Positions 21,285 through 28,313 of a stretch of DNA of 64,000 nt are shown here, one piece after another; positions within the stretch are counted from its first letter, which is position 1, and each line of letters begins with the position of its first letter. The translations under genes were made by a program, and so were the position numbers. The stretch covers positions 290,960-354,959 of the IMG/VR virus record IMGVR_UViG_3300017917_002374, one strand, 5' to 3'. The notes under the pieces are model-generated. The model worked only from the letters and a program-made list of their open reading frames with translations, had not been told where the DNA came from and ran no database searches.

Positions 21285-23951
21285 ATGGCGAAATTATTAT
21301 CTGGTACCAGAATTTATGGTAATGTACAAATTGACACTAACGCAATTGTGCTAGGGTCAAATGTCAGCACTTCTTCTACTACAGGTGCGCTAGTAGTCAC
21401 AGGTGGCGCGGGCATTGGCGGAGCTCTAAACATTGGCGGGAGTAGCACTGTTGGCGGAATACTGCGGACAAGCAATACCACTCCAAGCACAAACTCTACC
21501 ACAGGTGCTCTGGTAGTAGCAGGCGGAGCAGGCGTAGCCGGAAACTTGTTTGCAACAGGCAATGTGGTACTTGGCACAGGTACCACAAGTAATGTGGTCG
21601 TAGATGCTACCACAATCTCATCTAGTATCACCACAGGAGCACTGGTAGTAAGAGGTGGCGTGGGTATAGCTGGCACGCTCACATTACAAAATGTTGGAGA
21701 CGTATCGGCAAACATTGGAAGTCTAGTTGTAGCAGTTGGTGGTGGCACAGGACTAAGCGGCAACCTGGGTGCTTTCCAAACCTATGCCAATAGTAAAATT
21801 GGCACAAACACAAACAGCAACTTGGTTGTGGTATCCACTACTCCAAGCACAAACTCTACCACAGGTGCTCTAGTAGTAGCAGGTGGCGTTGGTGTTGCTG
21901 CACAACTGAATGTAGACGGTGTTACCACAATTAATAATACCACAGCCAGTACATTCAACACCACTGGTGCATTGATAGTGGCAGGTGGTGTGGGCGTTGG
22001 ATCACAGTTAAATGTTGGTGGTCGTGTTACACTTAGTAACACACAACCGGCCACAGATATCAATCCAACTCAAGGTGCATTGTATGTTACTGGCGGAATG
22101 GGTGTTGGCTCGCAATTGTATGTGGCAGGGCAGGTAAATTTTGCCAATATCACAAATGCCACTGGTTTCAATACAGGTGGTTTAAGAGTGGCTGGTGGCG
22201 TGTCCATAGCACAAAATCTTTATTCGTTTGGCAACACTTTTCTTGGATCAGGCGTCACAAGCAATGTGGTTGTATCGGCCTCAACACCAAGTACCAGCAC
22301 CACAACAGGTGCTTTGGTAGTTCAAGGAGGCGTTGGCATACAAGGTAGACTTAATATTTCGTCTAACACTATTATATCCGGAAGTGCCACCACAGACTTC
22401 TCTAGTGGTGCTCTGGTAGTGTTTGGTGGGGTTGGTGTTTCTGGCGCAGTAATTACCAATGGTAACATTGTTGCTGGTGCAGCAACAGGAAGCAATGGCC
22501 CAACCACAGGAGGTTTGGTAGTGGTTGGTGGTATGGGTGTTGGACAACAGTTAAGCGCCAACGGTAGGGTGATTGTAAGCAACACCACTCCTAGTTCCAG
22601 TTGGTTTACAGGTGCACTAACAGTCAGCGGCGGAGTGGGTATTGCAAATCAGTTGAATGTGTTGGGCAACGCAAGCATATCTAACACTGCTGTGAGTACC
22701 AGTACTACCACAGGTGCACTAACAGTCAGTGGCGGTGTAGGTATAGCTGGCAGTCTGTTTATTGCGGGCACAGGTGATGTGGCTGCTAATATTGCTAGTC
22801 TGACTGTAGCAGTAGGAGGTGGCACTGGACTTAGTGGCAACCTTGGAGCGTTCCAGACTTATGCTAATAGCAAAATAGGCACCAATACCAACAGCAACTT
22901 GGTTGTGGTATCCAGTACAGCCAGTACCAACACTACCACAGGTGCATTAGTGGTGTCTGGTGGTGTTGGTATCAGCGGAGCATTAAATGTAGGTAGTCAG
23001 TCTGCTTTTACTGCAACTAACACATTGACTTACCCAAGCTATGCGCCAATAATACAATTAAATAGTACAAACACAACTGCACTGTTTAGTGTTAATAGCA
23101 GTGAATCTGGATCAATGGCAATAGGTGTAACTCCAGGGGGTGTTGGTAGAATTCAAACGCAACTTGGTGCAACAGCAACTCCTATCATAATTGGACCTAA
23201 TGGAGCAAATTCTAGTAATGTGGTCATCACTGCTACTACCACTAGCACTACTACCACAACAGGTGCTTTGGTAGTAGCAGGTGGTGCAGGTATCGCTGGT
23301 AGTCTGTATGCAGGAAACTTAGTTGTAGCAGGAAATTTACTACTTGGGTCAGGTACCACAAGCAATGTGGTAATCAATGCTACCACTACTTCAACATCAA
23401 GTACCACCGGAGCTTTAGTAGTTTCCGGCGGAGTAGGGGTGGTTGGTAATCTAGTCGCAGCAGGTAATGTTGTTATTGGGTCAGGTACCACAAGCAATGT
23501 GGTAATCAATGCTACCACTACTTCAACATCAAGTGCTACTGGCGCACTTGTAATAAGAGGAGGATTAGGACTAGCAGGAGCTTTTAACAGTGCAGGTACT
23601 ATAAGCATCACTTCCAACACAGCTGGTATAGGTTATGGTAATGGGGCAGGCGGCCAAGCTATACAAATCACAAGTCGAACCACAGGAGTAACCATAAACA
23701 CTCCAACTGGTGTAATTACTTTAGTATCAAATGCAGGATCGCCTAGTTGGCAGTCGTTTACAGTGACTAATAATCAAGTTGGTAATAACGATGTGGTAAT
23801 AGTAAATCAACGCTCTGGTACAGATCTTTACATGATACATGTAACCGCAGTGGCAGCAGGCAGTTTCCGCATATCCTTTGCAACCACAGGCGGAACCACA
23901 GTAGAATCTCCGTCTTTTAATTACGCTATTGTAAAAGGCGCAATTATTTAA
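21285..23951 (+). CDS. tail fibre protein built from STSTTTGALVVxGGxGI repeats
   Basis: Many copies of the repeat; 888 aa; last gene of the fibre cluster. Confidence 0.75.
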   Translation: MAKLLSGTRIYGNVQIDTNAIVLGSNVSTSSTTGALVVTGGAGIGGALNIGGSSTVGGILRTSNTTPSTNSTTGALVVAGGAGVAGNLFATGNVVLGTGTTSNVVVDATTISSSITTGALVVRGGVGIAGTLTLQNVGDVSANIGSLVVAVGGGTGLSGNLGAFQTYANSKIGTNTNSNLVVVSTTPSTNSTTGALVVAGGVGVAAQLNVDGVTTINNTTASTFNTTGALIVAGGVGVGSQLNVGGRVTLSNTQPATDINPTQGALYVTGGMGVGSQLYVAGQVNFANITNATGFNTGGLRVAGGVSIAQNLYSFGNTFLGSGVTSNVVVSASTPSTSTTTGALVVQGGVGIQGRLNISSNTIISGSATTDFSSGALVVFGGVGVSGAVITNGNIVAGAATGSNGPTTGGLVVVGGMGVGQQLSANGRVIVSNTTPSSSWFTGALTVSGGVGIANQLNVLGNASISNTAVSTSTTTGALTVSGGVGIAGSLFIAGTGDVAANIASLTVAVGGGTGLSGNLGAFQTYANSKIGTNTNSNLVVVSSTASTNTTTGALVVSGGVGISGALNVGSQSAFTATNTLTYPSYAPIIQLNSTNTTALFSVNSSESGSMAIGVTPGGVGRIQTQLGATATPIIIGPNGANSSNVVITATTTSTTTTTGALVVAGGAGIAGSLYAGNLVVAGNLLLGSGTTSNVVINATTTSTSSTTGALVVSGGVGVVGNLVAAGNVVIGSGTTSNVVINATTTSTSSATGALVIRGGLGLAGAFNSAGTISITSNTAGIGYGNGAGGQAIQITSRTTGVTINTPTGVITLVSNAGSPSWQSFTVTNNQVGNNDVVIVNQRSGTDLYMIHVTAVAAGSFRISFATTGGTTVESPSFNYAIVKGAII
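23344..23534 (+). repeat. perfect 59-bp direct repeat inside the fibre gene
   Basis: TTGGGTCAGGTACC...TCAACATCAAGT at 23344-23402 and 23476-23534. Confidence 0.9.
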
Positions 23952-23958
23952 AAACCAG

Positions 23959-23987
23959 TTGACCTTTTGGGATCTTTAGTTTATAAT
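23959..23987 (+). promoter_or_regulatory. sigma70-type promoter
   Basis: TTGACC-17 nt-TATAAT. Confidence 0.8.
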
Positions 23988-24022
23988 ACGGATTAGCTCT
24001 GTATTAACACTAAAGGCCCATT

Positions 24023-24433
24023 ATGGAATTCGCTATAAAATCTCGTAGCAAAAAAAGCAAGATGCTAGTGGAAGCCATTTTGCCTTCTATTATTAAACAG
24101 TTAAAGTTAACAAAAAGTAAAAAGTTTTTGCTGGTGGAAATCAGCAAGGACGTGGGCGACAACAATGACGGCTGTACTGTTCCGTTGCCTGGTATAGATT
24201 CCATAGTGGTCACAGTGAAACCTGCACCACTGCATCTTTTGGGCATTACACTAGCACATGAAATGGTGCACGTAAAACAGTTGGCCAAAGGAATTCTACG
24301 AGCAGAAAACGGTGTGAAATATTGGCGCGGCAAACGCTATTCCAGTAGGACCAAGTATCTAAACTGTCCTTGGGAACTTGAAGCCTTTGCCCAGCAAGAA
24401 ATTTTATTTAGACGAGCAATAGAGAGGTTATAA
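24023..24433 (+). CDS. HExxH zinc metallopeptidase-like protein
   Basis: TLAHEMVHVKQ and PWELEA motifs. Confidence 0.7.
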   Translation: MEFAIKSRSKKSKMLVEAILPSIIKQLKLTKSKKFLLVEISKDVGDNNDGCTVPLPGIDSIVVTVKPAPLHLLGITLAHEMVHVKQLAKGILRAENGVKYWRGKRYSSRTKYLNCPWELEAFAQQEILFRRAIERL

Positions 24434-25035
24434 TGCCAGCAGTATTTTTAGTTAGTGACACACACTTTGGACATATGGGCGTGTGCCGGTTCATGCGCAA
24501 CGACGGCGTAACCAAATTGCGCCCTTACACCACTCCAGAGGAGATGGATGAAGACATGATTGCCAAGTGGAACGATCGTGTGCGTCCAAACGACAAGGTG
24601 TACCATTTGGGCGACGTTGTGATCAATCGCAGAGCATTGCCTACCTTGGCTCGTTTGAACGGCGACAAAGTATTGATTCGTGGTAATCACGATATCTTTC
24701 GGGACGACGAGTACCGACAATACTTTCGTGAATTGCGAGCTTACCATGTGATGAACGGAATGATTTTGAGCCACATTCCCATTCACGAGGATTCGTTGGG
24801 ACGGTTTGGTGTAAACATTCACGGACACTTGCATGCCAACCGTGTGATGAAGCGAGCCAGCAGCCTTATGGAGTTCGTGAAGCGTGGCAAACGAGAATGG
24901 ATTGATCCTCGCTATCATTGCGTGTGCGTGGAGCAAACAGACTTTGCACCTATTTTGTTTGAAGACGTTATCAAACGCATTGAAGCAGAAGGCGGCACAG
25001 TGGGTTTCAAAAATGGCAACGGTCCAATAATGTAG
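24433..25035 (+). CDS. calcineurin-like metallophosphoesterase
   Basis: SDTHFGH, LGD, GNHD, SHIP, HGHLH motifs; ends in TAG. Confidence 0.9.
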   Translation: MPAVFLVSDTHFGHMGVCRFMRNDGVTKLRPYTTPEEMDEDMIAKWNDRVRPNDKVYHLGDVVINRRALPTLARLNGDKVLIRGNHDIFRDDEYRQYFRELRAYHVMNGMILSHIPIHEDSLGRFGVNIHGHLHANRVMKRASSLMEFVKRGKREWIDPRYHCVCVEQTDFAPILFEDVIKRIEAEGGTVGFKNGNGPIM

Positions 25036-25064
25036 TTGACAGGTCTGCAATTTGTAAATATAAT
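25036..25064 (+). promoter_or_regulatory. consensus sigma70 promoter
   Basis: TTGACA-17 nt-TATAAT; SD AAGGAG before 25085. Confidence 0.85.
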
Positions 25065-25084
25065 GTGAAAATTAAGGAGAACAC

Positions 25085-25762
25085 ATGAGCCTTTCTTTGG
25101 AAAACACCATTCAACTTTCGTCCACTGGTGTACAAAACTTTTTTAGAGACATTTTCATGCGCATGACAGCAGCACTCACAATCAGTGCTGTTACGGCTGG
25201 ACTGGCCAGTATGTTACCGTTTCTTTACACAGGCGGTATTCTGACCTGGTTGATTATTCTCAGCCCGCTGGCTTTTGTTTTGGCTATGAGTTTTGGCAGT
25301 GAACGTTTTAGTACTAATACCTTGATCATGCTGTTCTTGGGTTTTGCTGTTGCACAAGGCCTAAGCATGGGAAGTATATTTTTGGTTTATACAGGTGCTA
25401 GTATTTTCACAGCATTTTTAATGGCCGCAGTGACTTTTGGCAGCTTTGCACTAATTGGTTACACAACCAAACGAGATCTTACCAGCATGGGCACGTTCCT
25501 GTTTGTGGGGTTGATTGGAATCATCATAGCCAGTGTGGTAAATATTTGGCTTGCGCTGCCCGTGTTGGCACAAGTTATCAATGTGTTGGCAGTGATCATC
25601 TTTGTAGGACTCACTGCATATGATGTGCAGAAGTTAAAAGAAATTTATTACAGTGGAACAGATGATGGTAAAATTCGTACACTAGGTGCCTTGACATTGT
25701 ATCTGGATTTTATTAACATCTTTATGGCGCTGCTGCAATTGATTGGCGGCAAGCGAGAATAA
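25085..25762 (+). CDS. Bax inhibitor-1/YccA family membrane protein
   Basis: About 7 hydrophobic segments; GYTTKRDLT, TAYDVQKLK, LYLDFINIF motifs. Confidence 0.9.
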   Translation: MSLSLENTIQLSSTGVQNFFRDIFMRMTAALTISAVTAGLASMLPFLYTGGILTWLIILSPLAFVLAMSFGSERFSTNTLIMLFLGFAVAQGLSMGSIFLVYTGASIFTAFLMAAVTFGSFALIGYTTKRDLTSMGTFLFVGLIGIIIASVVNIWLALPVLAQVINVLAVIIFVGLTAYDVQKLKEIYYSGTDDGKIRTLGALTLYLDFINIFMALLQLIGGKRE

Positions 25763-25767
25763 ACAGA

Positions 25768-25841
25768 CGCGGGATAGAGAAACGGTAACTCAGGAGTCTC
25801 ATAAGCTCCAGGTCCAGGTTCGATTCCTGGTCCCGCAACCA
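25768..25841 (+). tRNA. tRNA-Met(CAT), initiator-like but atypical
   Basis: C1:A72 mismatch, A11-U24, loop CTCATAA; anticodon stem GGAGT/GCTCC lacks the three G-C pairs. Confidence 0.85.
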
Positions 25842-25856
25842 AACAAAAGGAATAGT

Positions 25857-26021
25857 ATGCAAAATCAAGAATATGTGCCTGGCACATGCGGCTGCGGTCG
25901 TAGCCCAACCGGTAATTGTATTGGTTGGCATGGTCTAAGTGAAGATGAATTTAGACAAGCCCTGGCAGAATATGAAGTAAAACTTTTGGAACAAAGGAAA
26001 AATGATGCAAGTAACAGCTAG
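25857..26021 (+). CDS. CDGSH-like iron-sulfur/zinc-finger small protein
   Basis: CGCGRSPTGNCIGWH resembles C-x-C-x2-S-x3-P-x-C-D-G-S-H; SD AGGA before ATG 25857; ends in TAG. Confidence 0.65.
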   Translation: MQNQEYVPGTCGCGRSPTGNCIGWHGLSEDEFRQALAEYEVKLLEQRKNDASNS

Positions 26022-26274
26022 ACATATTTTGGTTTCAGATCTAAACACTGCTCTGACTATCAAGGCCAAAATCACAGAAGGCACTCAATTTGGCGATTTA
26101 GCTAGAGCACACAGTTCATGTCCTAGTAGAGCACGTGACGGTGACCTTGGATCATTTGGTCCAGGCATGATGGTGAAACCATTTGAAGACGCTGCATTCG
26201 CTCTTGATGTTGGGCAGATTAGCGAACCTGTACAAACACAGTTTGGCTGGCATTTGATTCAAAGAACAGGTTGA
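26002..26274 (+). CDS. ppiC: parvulin-type peptidyl-prolyl cis-trans isomerase
   Basis: ARHILV, FGDLARAHSSCPS...GDLG.F..G.MV.PFE.AAF.L..GQIS.PV.TQFGWHLI. Confidence 0.92.
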   Translation: MMQVTARHILVSDLNTALTIKAKITEGTQFGDLARAHSSCPSRARDGDLGSFGPGMMVKPFEDAAFALDVGQISEPVQTQFGWHLIQRTG

Positions 26275-26278
26275 TCTT

Positions 26279-26286
26279 TATAAATA
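26279..26286 (+). promoter_or_regulatory. T4-type late promoter TATAAATA ahead of the tRNA array
   Basis: Exact match, 22 nt upstream of tRNA-Thr. Confidence 0.6.
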
Positions 26287-26308
26287 TCATGCTATAATTT
26301 GTGTATTA

Positions 26309-26383
26309 GCTGGCGTAGCACAACGGTAGTGCAACGGATTTGTAATCCGTAGGTTGAGGGTTCGATTCCTTTCGCCAGCACCA
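26309..26383 (+). tRNA. tRNA-Thr(TGT)
   Basis: GCTGGCG/CGCCAGC acceptor, ACGGA-TTTGTAA-TCCGT arm, encoded CCA. Confidence 0.93.
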
Positions 26384-26590
26384 AGAACCTCGGGGTCCCT
26401 ACTCGTTAATAATAGGGGGTAAATTGGCTTCACCATAATGCCAGGGCTCATACGATGATAGCCCCAAAGCCCGCTTACATGGGTGATAGAAAAATCGTAG
26501 GTGGGTACTACACCTTGCCACAAGTAAATGTAGCGGACAGAGTAACAGCTCAGTTAGGGGCTAGTGAGGACTAGTAGCCTAACAAGAATA
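26384..26590 (+). ncRNA. candidate structured non-coding RNA of about 205 nt
   Basis: No credible ORF; at least five local hairpins; sits between two tRNAs. Confidence 0.5.
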
Positions 26591-26593
26591 CAT

Positions 26594-26669
26594 GCGGGAG
26601 TAGCTCAGTTGGTAGAGCGCAACCTTGCCAAGGTTGAGGTCGAGAGTTCGAGACTCTTCTCCCGCTCCA
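26594..26669 (+). tRNA. tRNA-Gly(GCC)
   Basis: GCGGGAG/CTCCCGC acceptor, loop TTGCCAA, TCCA end. Confidence 0.96.
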
Positions 26670-26689
26670 AGTTTTTCAAGGAGAAAAGT

Positions 26690-26839
26690 ATGGGAGATCC
26701 ACGTTCTAAAAACAAAGCAGCAAAAACAAAAGAGAGCAAGGCACCACATCAACAGATCCAAAAAAACACAGCAATGAAAACACAAGCAGTACAAGTTCCA
26801 CAACAAAAAGTAATGCGAAACACCGGTAGAGGTAGATAA
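26690..26839 (+). CDS. small Lys/Gln-rich basic protein, 49 aa
   Basis: SD AAGGAG, ATG 26690; ends VMRNTGRGR. Confidence 0.65.
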   Translation: MGDPRSKNKAAKTKESKAPHQQIQKNTAMKTQAVQVPQQKVMRNTGRGR

Positions 26840-26846
26840 TCAATCA

Positions 26847-26921
26847 GGGCGGTTAGCTCAGTGGTAGAGCAGGGCCCTTACAAGGCCAAGGTCGGGAGTT
26901 CAACCCTCTCACCGCCCACCA
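26847..26921 (+). tRNA. tRNA-Val(TAC)
   Basis: GGGCGGT/ACCGCCC acceptor, loop CTTACAA, encoded CCA. Confidence 0.93.
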
Positions 26922-26936
26922 ATCAAAGAGGAAAAG

Positions 26937-27182
26937 ATGGAAAATCAAATTGCAGTAGAAGTTATTCAAGCAGCGAATTTTGTCACAGGTGCAATACTAA
27001 TCAGTCTTGGTATTATTATCATTGTAGGTGCTATTCTGTTGATCAACAACATGTTCACTAGATTCTGGCGCCCTATCAAGGTGTTCACATACATTGCAGC
27101 CAAGATTTCACCAGAAGACGCTGCTGCAATAGAAGCTTCAAAAGAACAACGCAAGGCCGCACAGCCCACAATTGTTAAATAG
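26937..27182 (+). CDS. small membrane protein
   Basis: One long hydrophobic segment; SD GAGG; ends in TAG. Confidence 0.65.
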   Translation: MENQIAVEVIQAANFVTGAILISLGIIIIVGAILLINNMFTRFWRPIKVFTYIAAKISPEDAAAIEASKEQRKAAQPTIVK

Positions 27183-27188
27183 TTACAT

Positions 27189-27264
27189 GCGGGCGTAGCT
27201 CAGTTGGTAGAGCATCTGCCTTCCAAGCAGAATGTCGTCAGTTCGAACCTGATCGCCCGCTCCA
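27189..27264 (+). tRNA. tRNA-Gly(TCC)
   Basis: GCGGGCG/CGCCCGC acceptor, loop CTTCCAA, TCCA end. Confidence 0.96.
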
Positions 27265-27265
27265 T

Positions 27266-27339
27266 GCACTAGAAGCTGATCGGATAGCTGAAGCCTCTAA
27301 AACTTCTGGTAGTGGGTTCGACTCCCACCTGGTGCACCA
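27266..27339 (+). tRNA. amber suppressor tRNA (anticodon CTA)
   Basis: Acceptor GCACTAG/CTGGTGC plus ACCA; D-arm GCT/AGC; anticodon stem GAAGC/ACTTC (31:39 C-A mismatch) with loop CT-CTA-AA; T-arm GTGGG-TTCGACT-CCCAC. Confidence 0.85.
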
Positions 27340-27340
27340 A

Positions 27341-27485
27341 ATTCTCCGTCGTTCCTAACTGACGTAAAACGTTTGGCGAAGTTGGTCAGCTGCGTGAAGA
27401 AATGACTCGGGGTTAACAGTGTCCGTAATGATTGTTCGGCAGGTGGAGTCGTTAGGCTTTGTTGAAGTTGAGGATAACCAAGGTC
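27341..27485 (+). ncRNA. candidate structured RNA or leader between the suppressor tRNA and the amber-containing gene
   Basis: Stems AATGACTC/GAGTCGTT, AACAGT/ATTGTT, CTGAC/GTCAG; alternative pairing CCTAAC/GTTAGG. Confidence 0.4.
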
Positions 27486-27509
27486 ATACATTTTTAAAAG
27501 GAAAAAGAA

Positions 27510-28094
27510 ATGTCATAGATTGAATTAGGCTGTAGAGATGTAGTGTTTCACTTTAATAAAAAACACTTGCAAGATCCTTCTGTTCCCATGTGGATCTTAA
27601 AGACTGGTGGTAAAACCTACTATGTTGAACATGTGGACTGTCAAAGCCCTTGGAGCACCAAGGAAACGCCTGATAATAGCCATACCAAAGGCAGTATCAA
27701 AATCAAAGATTGTTTGTTGATCATAGACGAACACAATCAGGCATCAATAAGACCCTTAACTATAGATGACAAATTCCGTCTGCACAATCAGCAGAAGGGT
27801 ATCACACGAGTGATTGTTAAAGAAGGTCGCGACGCATTTGATCTGCGCCGATACATAAGAGATCTAGAAATAAAACATGGACCTATCAAGAGTATTGGCG
27901 GAGCATGTAGCAGTACCTTTTACATCACAGACATCATGGTACCTAGCCATTTTACTGCACTAGGGTTGGCTATGGCAGGAACCACTTTCAGAGAACTCAT
28001 GCCCAACGAGCACTATTATCGTATCTATGATTCAGGAAAAGATGCACCAGCTGATCATTTATGGGAAGAACACTTTGAAGATCAAATAGATTGA
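27510..28094 (+). CDS. hypothetical protein with in-frame TAG at codon 3 (ORF track starts it at GTG 27543)
   Basis: SD AAGGA 7 nt before ATG 27510; ATG TCA TAG ATT GAA TTA GGC TGT AGA GAT GTA GTG continues in frame into the 183-aa ORF. Confidence 0.75.
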
Positions 28095-28119
28095 CAATTC
28101 CGTGAGGTTGTACTATACT
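28091..28119 (+). promoter_or_regulatory. sigma70-type promoter
   Basis: TTGACA-17 nt-TATACT. Confidence 0.8.
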
Positions 28120-28151
28120 CTAGTGGTAATTACAACCTTACGAGGATCAAA

Positions 28152-28313
28152 ATGTTTGAAACTATTGAACTAAGAAAAGTAGCCAATGGCTTTATCATGG
28201 TGCTGAATACCGAAGATGGCGATACCAGAGAATATGTTTACGATACTTCTCGTAAGCTCATGCGAGCTGTAAAACAGCATCTTGGTACCAACGAATCTGT
28301 AGCAGACGATTAA
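28152..28313 (+). CDS. small hypothetical protein, 53 aa (not in ORF track)
   Basis: SD GAGG; MFETIELRKVANGFIMVLNTEDGDTREYVYDTSRKLMRAVKQHLGTNESVADD. Confidence 0.7.
   Translation: MFETIELRKVANGFIMVLNTEDGDTREYVYDTSRKLMRAVKQHLGTNESVADD

Noticed and set aside
15418-23620. Long antisense ORFs such as 17329-18456, 15418-16137 and 21314-21763
   Set aside because: They are shadows of low-complexity Gly/Ala/Thr/Val fibre codons that lack stop codons on the opposite strand.
24448-25050. 200-aa minus-strand ORF
   Set aside because: It is exactly antisense to the motif-complete metallophosphoesterase.
26384-26590. tmRNA, RNase P, SRP or hammerhead identity for the structured spacer
   Set aside because: No tRNA-like ends or tag ORF, no GAGGAAAGUCC, no SRP GGAA domain motif and no CUGANGA/GAAA core.
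27266-27339. tRNA-Arg(TCT) or tRNA-Pyl reading of the CUA tRNA
   Set aside because: The TCT register gives no anticodon stem and no U33; Pyl structural hallmarks are absent and no pyl genes are in the window.
27340-27420. Theta (HDV-like) ribozyme after the suppressor tRNA
   Set aside because: Such ribozymes often follow suppressor tRNAs, but here the sequence after the tRNA does not start with G and I could not build the P1/P1.1/P3/L3 nested pseudoknot by eye. A covariance-model search is needed.
27428-27523. 31-codon uORF as an independent protein gene
   Set aside because: It has no SD, lies in predicted RNA stems and overlaps the better-supported ATG 27510. It is kept only as a possible regulatory uORF.
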